The notes under the pieces: model-generated | Database searches by the model: none | What the model saw: the letters and a program-made list of their open reading frames with translations, nothing else | Told to the model about the DNA's origin: nothing | Position numbers and translations under genes: made by a program | Shown: in pieces, positions 1-11,159 of the stretch | Layout of the letters: every line of letters begins with the position of its first letter | Numbering within the stretch: position 1 is the first letter of the stretch | NCBI RefSeq assembly: GCF_001194135.2 | Contig: NC_068992.1 | Coordinates: forward strand, 47,471,349 to 47,505,107 | Direction of reading: 5' to 3' | Length of the DNA: 33,759 nucleotides | Source of the DNA: Octopus bimaculoides | Taxonomy: Eukaryota

Positions 1-236
1 CTATGTGTGTGTGTGTCTTTAAGTCTCTGTGTGTTCCCCACCACCGCTTGCCAACCGGTTTTGATGTGCTTACATCCTCGTAACTTAGCGGTTTGGCAGA
101 AGAGAACCGATAGAATAACTACCACGTTTTTTTTTTAATATGTCCTGGTGTCGATTTGTTCGACTAAAACCATTCAAGGCGGTGTCCCAGCATAGCCACA
201 GTCAAATGACTGGAACAAGTAAAAGAGTAAAGAATG
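1..236 (+). mobile_element. 3' half of composite SINE family A (continues upstream of the window)
   Basis: (TG)n, then ccccaccaccgcttgccaaccgg...gtaacttagcggtttggcag...gtcaaatgactggaacaagtaaaagagta. This is the reverse complement of 2703-2900 and 20638-20810. Confidence 0.85.
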
Positions 237-384
237 AAAGAACATGCAAACCGTCCAATAGAAAATTACATCGGTAAAGGACCGGATTTCAGTTATATTC
301 CGTTTTGTTTATACAAAAGTGTTGTAGATTTGTTGAAAGCTTTTAGTTTGTATTTTAAAGATTGTTGAACCTTTTTCGTATTTT

Positions 385-532
385 GTGGATGTGAGGTAAG
401 AAGTTTACTCCTCAACCACATGGTTCCGGGTTCAGTCCCACTACGAGGCACCTTGGGCGTGTGTCTTCTACTACAGCTCCGGGCCGATGAAGACCTTTTG
501 AGTGGATTTCGTTGACGGAAACTGAAAGAACC

Positions 533-573
<41 letters not shown>

Positions 574-660
574 CGCATAAATACATACATGTGTGCGTGT
601 GTACGCATAAATACATACATGTGTGTGTGTGTGTGTGTGTGTAGTGTGAACGTTTGTATG
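385..660 (+). mobile_element. 5' half of SINE family A (tRNA-like head, CORE-like segment) plus (TA)/(TG) microsatellite; 3' half absent
   Basis: B-box-like ggttcagtccc, accttgggcgtgtgtctt and ...gacggaaactgaaagaa match the reverse complement of 2970-3128. They are followed by (TG)n with a duplicated unit cgcataaatacatacatgtgtg. Confidence 0.85.
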
Positions 661-661
661 T

Positions 662-801
662 ATATATAGTAATCTGGCTAAAGGTGGCATAAAGCGATTG
701 CATAGACATGACTTGCCAACACCAGTGAGGTCCTTTTCCTTATTTCCTAACAGTGCAATAGCTGTAATGTTAAAGATCCTTGGTTCTGTCCTTTTAGCCA
801 T
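662..801 (-). pseudogene. RhoGAPp190: Decayed N-terminal fragment of p190 RhoGAP (ARHGAP35/ARHGAP5 family) GTPase domain
   Basis: ATG at 801 reads MAKRTEPRIFNITAIALLGNKEKDLTGVGKSCLCNRFMPPLA. After a 1-nt shift it reads DYYI. The family consensus from memory is ...NISVxGLSGTEKEKGQxGxGKSCLCNRFxRPxADDYxxDH. GKSCLCNRF is exact; the GLSGTEK segment is altered; the sequence then runs into a microsatellite. Confidence 0.88.
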
Positions 802-1309
802 ATTAAGAAATGAGACCACATCATGCTGGTCTCTACTAGCACTACATTTTGTTAAGGGAACCCACTAATAATTGATTTCTTGCCTGCGTTATTCTGGTTA
901 AAATTTCTAAGGCATAGCTCTATGGTAGAAGAAAATATATAAAGAGTAATTTTACTTCAAAGTAGAAAAAAATTATAGTGAGTGAGATAAAGTTGTTAAT
1001 TGGGATCCTCTCCTATCTATTCTAAGATCAGCTAATAGCATGGTTCTCACATTCACCCTGGCAAAGGATAAAAAAGATCAGAGAATCTTCTAAGTTTTCT
1101 TTCACTTCCGGCGGTGTATATTTCACTTGTCACTGTTATTTATGACATATTTCATCTCAGTTACGTTTGTATGAATAAACGAGTGTATCTGAAGCATGTT
1201 TACTTCATGGCACCATCACAATTGTTCCTGCATTTCTACTGCTTTTAGTTTGTTTTTCTTTTTCTGTTTTTTAGCTACTATTTTCAGAAAGGTATATTTG
1301 TTACGCTGA

Positions 1310-1435
1310 ATCTCCCTGAGAACTATGTTAAGAGTTCGCATACCTGTGTGAAGTGCTCACATTAATTTCTCGAACAGGCTCTTTGGTTGAACGTATCAGC
1401 CGGGACACTTGTCGTTGTAACAGATAGAGAACCAG
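1310..1435 (+). mobile_element. 3' fragment of tRNA-derived SINE family C
   Basis: tctccctgagaactatgttaagagttcgcatacctgtgtgaagtgctcacattaatttctcgaacaggct...gtcgttgtaacagatagag aligns by eye with 17092-17224. Confidence 0.65.
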
Positions 1436-2702
1436 ATTCCATGATCAGTTCAGACTGGTACTCAGACTCTGAGGAAATCCAAACTCAAGAATTGAAAGTA
1501 GTCCCGGATAATTTCTCGTTTACTGTTAGTGAAAATGTTATTTATAAAGATACGATATTTACATTGATTTTTTTTAGCTAAAACTCTATGGCTACATTCT
1601 ACAGTACAATATAGCGTTGTGACATTCCGTAAAATATTTTTGTCATAGTAATAGAACTGTGTTTTTCAAAAAGTTCAACTCGTGAATGTACATGATTCAG
1701 CTGTGATGATCAATTTGTATAGAATGTTCTATTATTACAAGGTTGATACAATAATATGATTAGATGCACAGTAATGCATACAAACACGAAAAGAAAATAT
1801 TCGATCAAGTAATATAAAATTTAATATAAGCTGAATCTTCAATAACAGGCATCTGTATTTCGTGGTTCGCCTCATCGAGCGAAAGTGATTTACCACAGAA
1901 CATGCATACAACGTACATACAATCTGTGTTGCCTTAGGGATCATAAATTATTTGAAAGTAAATACGTAATACGATTGGTTATTGGAATGGATAGTATTAA
2001 GGTTTGTAAAGACGTTTTTTTATGAAAAGTGTTGCACAGCAGATGTATAAAGGATAGAATGAAAGACAGAGCAAAAGAGAAAAAAAAAAGCAGAAAGAAG
2101 AACATGAGAAAAAGAAATGAGAGAGAAACACAAATAATATTAATAAAGCGGCAACGGTGGTATAAATGCCGGCTTTAGCTACAGGAGAAAAGGAAAAGAT
2201 AATAATTTGCGAATATTAAAGACGTTACATATCTTTAGATTTAAAACATCTCTGTGTCAACAATGTTTTTGATTGAAAATTGAATATAGTGTGGACTTGG
2301 GTAGAAAGGAAAACGCAGGTAGTTTTTCTTTGGTAGGGGGTTAGTTGTTTTAAAGAGGGCTTATATAGCTGTTTGTTTGCAAATAGCAGTCAGTCGTGAA
2401 AGATAACGACATCGGTACAGAAAGTGAAGTTGTAGAAATATAACGAATAATAAAATTACATGTTGTGTTTATTAGGTATGTAAAGGACAACTGTGAAGTA
2501 TTGCATACGACTGAAGAACTTAATTAGAGAAACTTACGAAAATGTATTACTGTAGAAAGTATATAACAATGGCTGGAACAATGAGAATAACATGACTGTG
2601 TATATTCTTTTAAAAAATATACTCAACATAGAAAGATAATGATATAGCATGTTATAGTGTTTTGGGGAAAATATATGTATGTGCTTACAGAATTATGTAA
2701 AT

Positions 2703-2906
2703 TACTCTTTTACTTGTTTCAGTCATTTGACTGCGGCCATGCTGGAACACCACCTTTAGTCGAGAAAATTGACCCCAGGACTTATTCTTTGTAAGCCTAG
2801 TACTTATTCTTTCGGTCTCTTTTTGCCGAACCGCTAAGTTACGGGGACGTAAACACACCAGCATCGGTTGTCAAGCGATGGTGGGGGGACAAACACAGAC
2901 ACACAA

Positions 2907-2965
<59 letters not shown>

Positions 2966-3128
2966 TACGACGGGCTTCTTTCAGTTTCCGTCTACCAAAT
3001 CCACTCACAAGGCTTTGGTCGGCCCGAGGCTATAGTAGAAGACACTTGCCCAAGGTGCCACGCAATGGGACTGAACCCGGAACCATGTGGTTGGTAAGCA
3101 AGCTGCTTACCACACAGCCACTCCTGCC
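2703..3128 (-). mobile_element. Full-length composite SINE family A (tRNA head + CORE-like segment + internal (TA)n/(TG)n + 3' body)
   Basis: Minus strand: ggcaggagtggctgtgtggtaag (A-box-like), ggttcagtccc (B-box-like), accttgggcaagtgtctt (resembles the MIR CORE gaccttgggcaagtcactt), internal microsatellite, 3' end gtcaaatgactgaaacaagtaaaagagta. At least six related copies are in the window. Confidence 0.9.
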
Positions 3129-3479
3129 AGAACTTTTGTTCAAAGTAGTCGAAATGAATGTTATTTCCAAATATATTTGACAAAGTAGGGTATGCACTGC
3201 TATCTAGGTTTCTGGAAATGTCTGTTAGATGTTACAAAATTTATTGTGTTAGTCGTTAAACTAATACTTTTTAATGCATTTATTTACTAGTCACTTTTTA
3301 GAAAGATAAAATATAATTTACTCTATTGTCAATTAATTAATTAAAGTAACTATGTTTTTATATATTAGGTTACATCATATATTGTTATACTTCGGGATGG
3401 TAATTTTTTGCCAAATAAATACACGCACTGTATATTCTTTCTTCTCGCGTGTCTATAGACTAAGCAGAACAGGAGGAGA

Positions 3480-4750
3480 CACGTGAGATGGGGAGGCGCT
3501 GCAGAGGTCACAGGATTTGAGAGACAACAATGCTGCTGGCTAGAATACTTGCTTCGCGAAGTGTTTTGTCACAAGCTTTCAGGATTGTCTTTGTTAATTA
3601 GTGTCCCTGTTACCTCTTCTTCAGGTTACCTATCTTTTCTCTAGTTGCAAGACGATGGACTATAGGGATTGCCTAGAAATATCTTCACTCCAACACAGAG
3701 ATGACCGAAGAAGAGTTACTTCAATACTGAAGACGGACACCTTTCCATGCATTTGGATAACGCACTCCGCGATCATTGATGCTACTTATAATGAGAAAGT
3801 GACTTCATTTTGTCTTTTGTCTTCCTGGCCATTCCTGGAACTATATTGTTTTGGCAGCAGCAAAAGCAACAGCAGCCTTTCCTTTGTACCTGAAGGACCT
3901 GCTGTTGTTTCGACTCTTAATGTATGCTGTTTCGTCTACTTTTCACCAGTATAAAATGCTTTGAGATGATGTTTTACTTCAAGAAATGTAGCACTTTTCC
4001 TTTCTTTTCTACTCCACCTCTTGACCAATTTAAAGATCGAGTATATTTCCAGGATTACCTTCTGGCACTCGGATGTCATTAAGGTTACGAGATCGATCCT
4101 ACCCCATACTCACCCTTCCAAATCATTTCACAAATTTTCTTTCTCGCAGATTCGCAAATGTCATCACGGCTGTGTGTCTAGTTCCTCGCTCATACACGTG
4201 ACACTTACTCTCCCACATCAACGCTTAGTATACTGTAGCAGCTACTAATACTTCAGCTTGCACCATAGGAAAGCTGACTACATCATAACCACCTCCTCCT
4301 CTCCTATTTTTAGCATTAGTCTTATCATTCGGATAACTCTAGACTCTTCCGACGTATAAGCTCCCTGTCACGCATAGAATAATGCTTTTCTTTTTCATAT
4401 TCAAATCTCAAAACCCAGACTATTTTCCAGGGAGAAGCAGATACGTCGCTGTTTCCTTTAGTCACTCTCTTCAACAAAATATTCTGACTAAGAATTATGA
4501 CCTTACTTGACATATCGACTTATTGACCCTCTTTTACCTTGTCAAATCTGGTTCTTTCGAGTTCACAATTACACTAGCAAAGGATCTTGTATTCCGACAG
4601 CAGTAGCATTCCTATTCTTGCTATTCATATCACCGTCCACGAAGCTGTCATCACTGATTCATGACGACATTGTTAATATCCACAGTGATAACATTTATGT
4701 TATTGTACATAGAGTTAATATCTCACTTCACGTTTCTCAAAGAATCCTTT
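3480..4750 (-). mobile_element. Possible highly decayed non-LTR retroelement segment, family unresolved
   Basis: Higher-complexity sequence with broken minus-strand peptides (WK-VSVFSIEV, VGVKIFLGN) loosely resembling the C-terminus of a restriction-like endonuclease. Many stops and frameshifts. Confidence 0.3.
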
Positions 4751-5029
4751 GACTTATTTTTACAAAACACGAATTCTTGTCTATTTTTTTATTTTAAATA
4801 AGATTTTTTTTTTCTTTATGTAAAGTAGACATTTGTTTCCATTCCACTATGCACTGAAGATGTGTACATCAATCGCCAGTCTCCTTTTGTTATTAGCAAG
4901 GAAAACGTCATACTTAATTTTTTTTTTTTTTTTTTTTGGAGTGGTTTTTCATTGAGAAATTAACTAAGTTGAATTAACCAAAACAAAAGCAAAAACAAAG
5001 GTATTCAACATAAAGCAGTAAAAGAATTA

Positions 5030-5360
5030 AACAGAAAACCCAGTTTAAAACAGAAAGCCATTCACATGAGTACATAAGATCTAAGAGTATAAGATGAAGA
5101 ATTTATTTTAACTGATAAACGACAACAACAACAACAACAGATGCAATGAAACATATAATTCTAAACTTAAATCGGGACTAAAGAATGCTATGATAAAACG
5201 ATGGCAAGAAACACACCTACACGGCTATCACTAGAAAAAAATGAAACGGATAGAAGTAGATAAAGACATACAGGACATATAATGTGGAATTACCTAAAGG
5301 GGTCTGCAAAAGAAATTAGCAAGAATAATAATTTCTACAATAAATAATTTCCCCAAAAGA
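5030..5360 (+). mobile_element. Decayed R4/Dong-like non-LTR fragment (region C-terminal to RT)
   Basis: 5199-5231 reads RWQETHLHGYH, resembling the WxxKxLHGxY motif of R4/Dong ORFs. A-rich sense strand with in-frame stops. Confidence 0.45.
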
Positions 5361-5399
5361 GGAGAACTTCATTGGACTGCTTGTGGGAACGTCACAAAA

Positions 5400-6300
5400 C
5401 CGCAATTGCGTTGACTACTAGTACAAGTGCCCTTTCTTCTTCCTGTCCCTTCAGTTTATTAGCGTGCTTAGAGTAGCCCCATTCACCTTGTCTATTTTTG
5501 CCGCATTCACCCACCTTTCAATAAAATTGTTGGAAAGGCGGCACTTCCCTCTCCATCCTCACTTCCCTTTTCAAGTGAAACTTGAGAAAGGTGATCTCAG
5601 CTCTACTGAGCTATGCATTTATCTCATGTGGATGTGTTTGGTGCCCCAGATTCGTCTGCTCTGTTTTCTTACTTTTTCTAGCTGAGGTTTTATATACAAC
5701 CGTTCTGGTCTTTGTTTCACGCTATATGGATTCCAGGATGTTGAGCGTGACGTTTCGTCTAGATCTAGTGAGGAAGTTTTCTCTGGCTCTCTCTAGTTTT
5801 CAGTGACTTCCTGTTTATATAAACATACAAGATTCGATGACTCCTGAAGACCACATAGCTATCCAGAAACTGTTCTTCGATGTAGGCGCAAAGATGAAAG
5901 TCATAAAATTGGTGCTTTTGCGTAGATAGCACAGTTATTGTACATGTGACAGTAGAAATCGTTTGGCGGGGAGATATTCTTCCTAGAAGAGGTATAAAGT
6001 CATTTCTTGTTTCTTCAGCATTCACCGCTTGCCATATTCTGCTCCAAAGTTGACGACAAACCAAGTATCATCGCCACCATCACCTTTGTTTGGCTGTGTT
6101 CCTCGAGTTCTGATGTTACACGCCTTGCGGCACCAGCCAATCAACTAGATTTTAGATAAATTTCTCAAGCAAAGAAGCATACTCTTTTATATGTTGCTAC
6201 AGTCATGCTTCTTTCCTTGAGTGAATACGACACCCGTCTAGAACATCATTTTGAGTTGTAATCCTAGCACTTTTTGCAGCTTACTTTATATCATGTAGGT
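5400..6300 (-). mobile_element. Decayed LINE 3' region, probably L1/Tx1-like
   Basis: Minus strand FLKFHLKREVRMEREV (5542-5589), then shifted NNFIERWVNAAKIDKVNGATLST (5463-5531). This resembles the C-terminus of cephalopod Tx1-type ORF2 as I recall it. Upstream peptides (TKVMV, DFIPLLG) are generically LINE-like, so the clade is uncertain. Confidence 0.45.
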
Positions 6301-6677
6301 CTGCGTTATGGTCACTAGTGTTTATACCATGCAATTTTCAGTTTTTAAATTTCAAATTGTATTCCCTGTGTTTGTAAGTGTATATGTTTACTTAATTGTC
6401 GTATTTATTATTTTTTTCTTTTAATAATTTCTTAGATGATTGTTGGTTATATTGTTTTCATAAACAGAGGCTCAATTTTGGTGTTAATTTTAATGTTAAA
6501 TTTGTTTCCAGTTGTTCATTTTTTTTCATATTCTCACAGCTATTAAGGCCCAAATGTCCCCAATGTAAAAGATATAAATTATTCAAAAGATCAAAAACAT
6601 CCAAGACCTATTGTTACAGCAGATATTTTAGCAATAATTTTCTTAAAATGTCTGGAATCGAAAAATCAATTGCGAAA

Positions 6678-6820
6678 CACGCAGGCGTGGCTGTGCGGTA
6701 AGAAGCTTGCCTCTCAACCACATACTTCTGGGTTCAGTCCCACTATGTGGCACCTTGGGTAGTTGTTTTGCACTACAACCTCGGACCGGTCAAAGCCTTG
6801 TAAGTAGATTTGGTAGATTT

Positions 6821-6890
<70 letters not shown>
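6678..6890 (+). mobile_element. 5' half of SINE family A plus (TA)n 6823-6890
   Basis: cgcaggcgtggctgtgcggtaagaagcttg...ggttcagtcccactatgtggcaccttggg...aaagccttgtaagtagatttggtagatttgg, then (TA)n. Confidence 0.85.
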
Positions 6891-6892
<2 letters not shown>

Positions 6893-7145
6893 AAATGGGA
6901 CAAGAACGCAGACAGACAGTAAGATGATACAAGGAAGGGACAACACATCCAGACAGACGATACAAAGAAAACAAGGACGGGTCATTCGGGGTTTTCTTTC
7001 CTCACTCGAGTTCCAGATCATCTTTGCAATTTCTGTTGGTTATACTCGATATTGCTCCAATCTGGCCAGCCCCAAGGAAAAACTAAGCTAAGAGCATTAG
7101 ATTCTCTAGAAGAAAGCATTAGATTCCTTGGAAGAAATCAACGAA
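6891..7145. mobile_element. About 255-bp insert (Penelope-like terminal fragment, tentative) between the two halves of a family A SINE
   Basis: Unique-looking block starting directly after the (TA)n and ending just before the (TG)n. It contains an internal duplication of agcattagattc. The family assignment is from recalled resemblance only. Confidence 0.4.
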
Positions 7146-7149
7146 TGTA

Positions 7150-7382
7150 TACATGTGTGTGTGTATCTTTGTATCAGTGTTTGTGCTCCCTTCCCATCAC
7201 CGCTTGACAACCGGTGTTGGTATTCTTATGTCCCCATACCTTAGCAGTTTAGCAAATAAGACAGAATAAGTACTAAGCTTTAAAAAATAAGCTCTAGGTT
7301 CGATTTGTACGACTAAACCTCCTTGAAGGCGGTGCTCCAACATGGCCGCAGCCAAATGACTGAAACATGTAAAATATAAGAG
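7150..7382 (+). mobile_element. 3' half of SINE family A
   Basis: (TG)n...catcaccgcttgacaaccggtg...gaataagtactaagctt...aaggcggtgctccaacatggccgcagccaaatgactgaaacatgtaaaa, colinear with 1-236. Confidence 0.85.
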
Positions 7383-7439
7383 GTAAAACTATTCGGTTAA
7401 GAAATTTAATTATTTGAAACCGCATAACGAAGCAGTAGC

Positions 7440-8600
7440 TCACTTAGGACAGCTAAATCTTTGTTACAACTATACAAAAGAATTGAGCGGATATAGATCA
7501 GAGCCAAATACTAACGGATGATAAATGCTTTATTTTGCAGCCTAAGCCCTTCGTGTAATATCATGGAACAGACTAACCAAACATAGCGAAAAAGTGATTC
7601 CAAGTATTGTTCAGAATTAACAAGCATTAAATGCACGAAGAGATTTCAAAAGCAGACACAAAAAAAGCTTTGAAGGAGAAAGACAAATAGAAAAGAGACC
7701 TAGAAAACAACTAAAGGATACTAATACGATACAGTCCTCTCTACGATCACAATGGAATATAACACAAACAAGAACCACAGCACAATATACTCTGCAACCC
7801 AATAGACATGAAGTAATAGTAAACAAGGAATAGACACCGCCAACCATAACACTGCAAAGTAGTGGTAATAAAAAACAACAATTAAAGTTAGCACAAATGA
7901 ATGCAGTCATTTAGAAAATATGGCGGACGGATTTGAATAAATGTTTGACAAGATAAAGTGTACACAAATGATAGACAGAAGAGAAACCATTAAAATATCA
8001 TACAAGATAACAGAGTTCAAACAAAGAAAGCTAACTGTGCATTAGAAATAATTATAGAGCAAATGAATGAAAAAAGATATAACAGGCTTTAACCAATACA
8101 CCACAGCGTATGTGGTAACCAAAGCAGTAGGCGTCATTATAAAAGATAAAACCAGATGAACTAAGACAGATCGTGTTTCGAAAATACTCAACAGGGGATA
8201 ACTTGTAAGAGAAAAGAGAAATAACTAGAATAAATGAAATTGGAAATAGGCTCAGAAAAGTGTTACCCCAGAAAAACAAAATTACATAAAGAAATTTAAA
8301 ATTTAAGACGAACGTGATCTTAAAAATCACAAAAGAATTATTAATTCAACAAAGAAATATCAATTCAAAGCTCGTGTTGTCGAAAATTCAGATTTGAGGA
8401 TAGATTCAAATAACTGAAATAAAATAAAACTTTGCAAGAACATAAAGAATTAAATAACAAAACGATTATTATTGTTCGGAATGAATCAACCAAGAGACAA
8501 TAGAAATATTTTGGTGAAAAATGTGGAAAGAGAATGAAACAAAGCGCCAATTAATTAAATAAAGCAAAAACAAAATTAAATCATGTAGCACTTCGAAATG
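7440..8600 (+). mobile_element. Decayed R4/Dong-like non-LTR retrotransposon ORF (region N-terminal to RT)
   Basis: Strongly A-rich sense strand. 8500-8530 reads IEIFW*KMWK, matching the FWxxIW motif before RT in R4/Dong. Near 7500, RSEPNTNG**M resembles SxPxxRGYxKRM. Multiple stops. Confidence 0.55.
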
Positions 8601-9051
8601 GAAAAAATCCCAGCGTAAACATAATGGAAGCCATGATCGTCAAAAGGTTTGAAAATGCCATGGATTAGATAAAATCCTACATGTCTGCATAAAACACATG
8701 TACATCTTACACCCACAAACTAGCAAAATTTTCATAAAATATTAAGGTATTCACTTTCTCAAATACCTGAGTTACTGGCAAAAAGATGGGTTAAACAGCC
8801 CTACAAACGGATGACCCTGAATACAGGCTAATCCCATGCCTTTCTTTCTTGCATAAGCGCCTAATATCAGTGAATAAGATGATATGTAACCTCCTCGACC
8901 GAAATAATGTTCTTTTTGGACGAATAGGGGTGAGTTGTGTAGTTTCCCTGGCAAACAAAACGAATTTAGAAGACTTCAGGTAGAAACAGTTGTCTTGATG
9001 TGGATGTAAAAATTATCATCAGTTATTATATAATTACACTGTTACCTTATG

Positions 9052-9290
9052 ACGGCGCGTGGCCTGGTGGTTAGGGTGCTGCGCTCACGAGTGTGGGTTC
9101 GATTCCTCGACTGGGTGGTGATTTGTGTTCTTGAGCAAAACACTTCATCTGAAGTTGCTCTACAATCACTTCAACATCTGACCTGTGGCACACCGTACAC
9201 TTGTACAGATAGTGTCGATTTGCTGGAAGAAGTTAGCTGGTGCGCAACGTAAACATTTAATCGCGATAAGCAAATCATCCGTGCAGAGTT
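9052..9290 (+). mobile_element. tRNA-derived SINE (family C-like head)
   Basis: ggcgcgtggcctggtggttagggtg (A-box), gggttcgattcc (B-box), gtgttcttgagcaaaacactt. The head is similar to 16907-17010. Confidence 0.75.
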
Positions 9291-9396
9291 TTCTGCAAAA
9301 AACTGCATAAACGACTTTTTTTTTAAATCGAGGGAATACCATTACAGTGTTACGAACCATACGTTGGTTAACGCTCAAGGATAATGTAGAAGCGTG

Positions 9397-9428
<32 letters not shown>

Positions 9429-9911
9429 AAGAATGTAGTATTCTTGTTGAGAGGTTTATACACCAGCAAAAATCAACGCGTTGTTTTTTTTTTCCCCCTC
9501 TCACCAACGTGAACAAGTCCGCTTGCAGTCAGTGGACAGTTTTCTGAAAAAAACAAGGCCTCAGAACTACAAAACATTGTTTTCATGGGTACTGCCCACA
9601 TCCTAAGATAAACATTATGAACCTGAAAACACTTGATTCTCTTAAAGCTCTATCAAAACTGAAATTTCAGATACACTATATCGTTGGTAATCATAAATAA
9701 CATCCACAGTGAAATGTCCAACTTTCTGTTACTTGAAATCTCTGGGTGAAACCTGGAACTACTCTTATAAAACAAAGCAACAATAGCGTAAATAGGAAAA
9801 GTTTTAATCGGTTTCCCATCTTCGATAAAATGGACAGTCAACTTGCCACTAGCAAATTACTTTCTTTTTAAGGCATTATATAATGAGGTGTGCTTTCTAT
9901 TTGATTTTCAG

Positions 9912-10040
9912 GAATCGGACAACAAGGAGAAGTTTTAGTAATCCATAATGTCAGCCGATATTGTGACGATGTGTATGAATGTGTAGCCAAAAATGGTATT
10001 CCACCCGTTGTTAGTCGAAAAATAAAAGTTTCCGTCGATT
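9912..10040 (+). CDS. Internal exon of a lachesin/DIP/IgLON-like Ig cell-adhesion gene (second half of an Ig domain)
   Basis: Acceptor ttgattttcag|, donor |gtaagt, 129 nt, phase 1/1. Encodes (G)IGQQGEVLVIHNVSRYCDDVYECVAKNGIPPVVSRKIKVSVD(F): LxIxNV...YxCxAxNG Ig motif. It splices in frame to 12386 (T+TT = Phe, giving VDFAPEV). Confidence 0.93.
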
Positions 10041-10043
10041 GTA

Positions 10044-10050
<7 letters not shown>

Positions 10051-10097
<47 letters not shown>

Positions 10098-10184
10098 ATC
10101 TTCGTTCATCAGTTCACATCAATAATGATACTGGTATTTACAGGGACAGCTTTCTTCTGTTCCAGTGGATCTAGCATTTCTCAG

Positions 10185-10258
<74 letters not shown>
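10051..10258. repeat. Poly-T (10051-10093) and (CT)n (about 10191-10258)
   Basis: Directly visible runs just downstream of the 10040 donor. Confidence 0.95.
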
Positions 10259-10261
<3 letters not shown>

Positions 10262-11159
10262 CCAATCTGCCTGCTCCTGCCTTGTTCAGACACTATGGTA
10301 CCTTTATTGATGAAAGGCACCATAAAGTCCAAGTAGATTTCTCTGCAGTAAGACACTCTTATTATTCTACTTTAATGCCGGTGTCCTTAAGGAGAAACTG
10401 AAAGTATGTTTGCAGAGTTTGTGCTACCTACCGCCCTAAAGTTTACACACAAGCACACAACCAACAATTCATTTGTCATCCACTCTGGCAATTTGGCCGA
10501 CCCAGCAGAACTGGGTGCTGCAAGAAGAATGTGAAAGCTCTATAATACAACCCGATTACAGACTTCAATGTCTGAGAAAATGTTCTGAAAATGAACTCAC
10601 CGTATTTTGCGCCGATATTTCGATGGTATGTCTACTTAAGTATTTTGCAACTCACCAGCATCAACTTGGTTTCGATGCTTGTCCTGGAAAATTATGTTAT
10701 TGACTTGAATGTCCGATGTGAACAACTTTTGGGGACGTAACACCAAGGAATATCAACCTTTGAGAGTTAGCAGAGTTTGATCTTTAGACGCATCTTTGTA
10801 TGAGCTGTGTACTCCTTATGAAAGGTTAGTTGATTGGTTGGTTGGTTGGCTGGTTGGGTGGCTGGCTGGTATGCACTTTTGTTAGTCTTGGTACTTATAC
10901 TAAACCCGAGTAGCTGTGAACGAATATCTGTACTACTGTATCACAGATTCTGGTACTCGATGAGAGCACAGTCATCTGCAAACAACGACTCCATTTGTTA
11001 TGAACCAGAGCCTCCTCAAGTTGAAGAAACTACAGCCTCCGTCAACAATTGCTCTGGCAAACATAACCTCATAGAATTGCTGTATTATACATGAACGTGC
11101 TCTTCTTGAGAAAAATAACATTTTTCATTTGCTCTACTACTCAGTAAAATAGTACAGCC

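Noticed and set aside
293-709. 138-aa minus ORF and similar THTH/YIYI/ERER/LSLS/poly-T ORFs throughout the track
   Set aside because: They are translations of microsatellites and SINE heads; no splice or homology support. Only the first about 48 codons of ORF 412-819 are meaningful (p190).
6950-7020. Possible hammerhead on the minus strand of the 6891-7145 insert (gagtgag...cgaatgacccgtc)
   Set aside because: Neither CUGANGA nor GAAA is intact; too degenerate to claim.
1-9911. Search for the upstream exon encoding the first half of the Ig domain (C..A.G.P.P.I.W)
   Set aside because: No such peptide with a phase-1 donor was seen; it is presumably upstream of the window.
10470-11095. Possible RTE-like LINE relic (CSENELTVF; EPEPPQVEET...NNCSGKHNLIELL)
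   Set aside because: The resemblance to RTE endonuclease and pre-RT motifs is weak and discontinuous.
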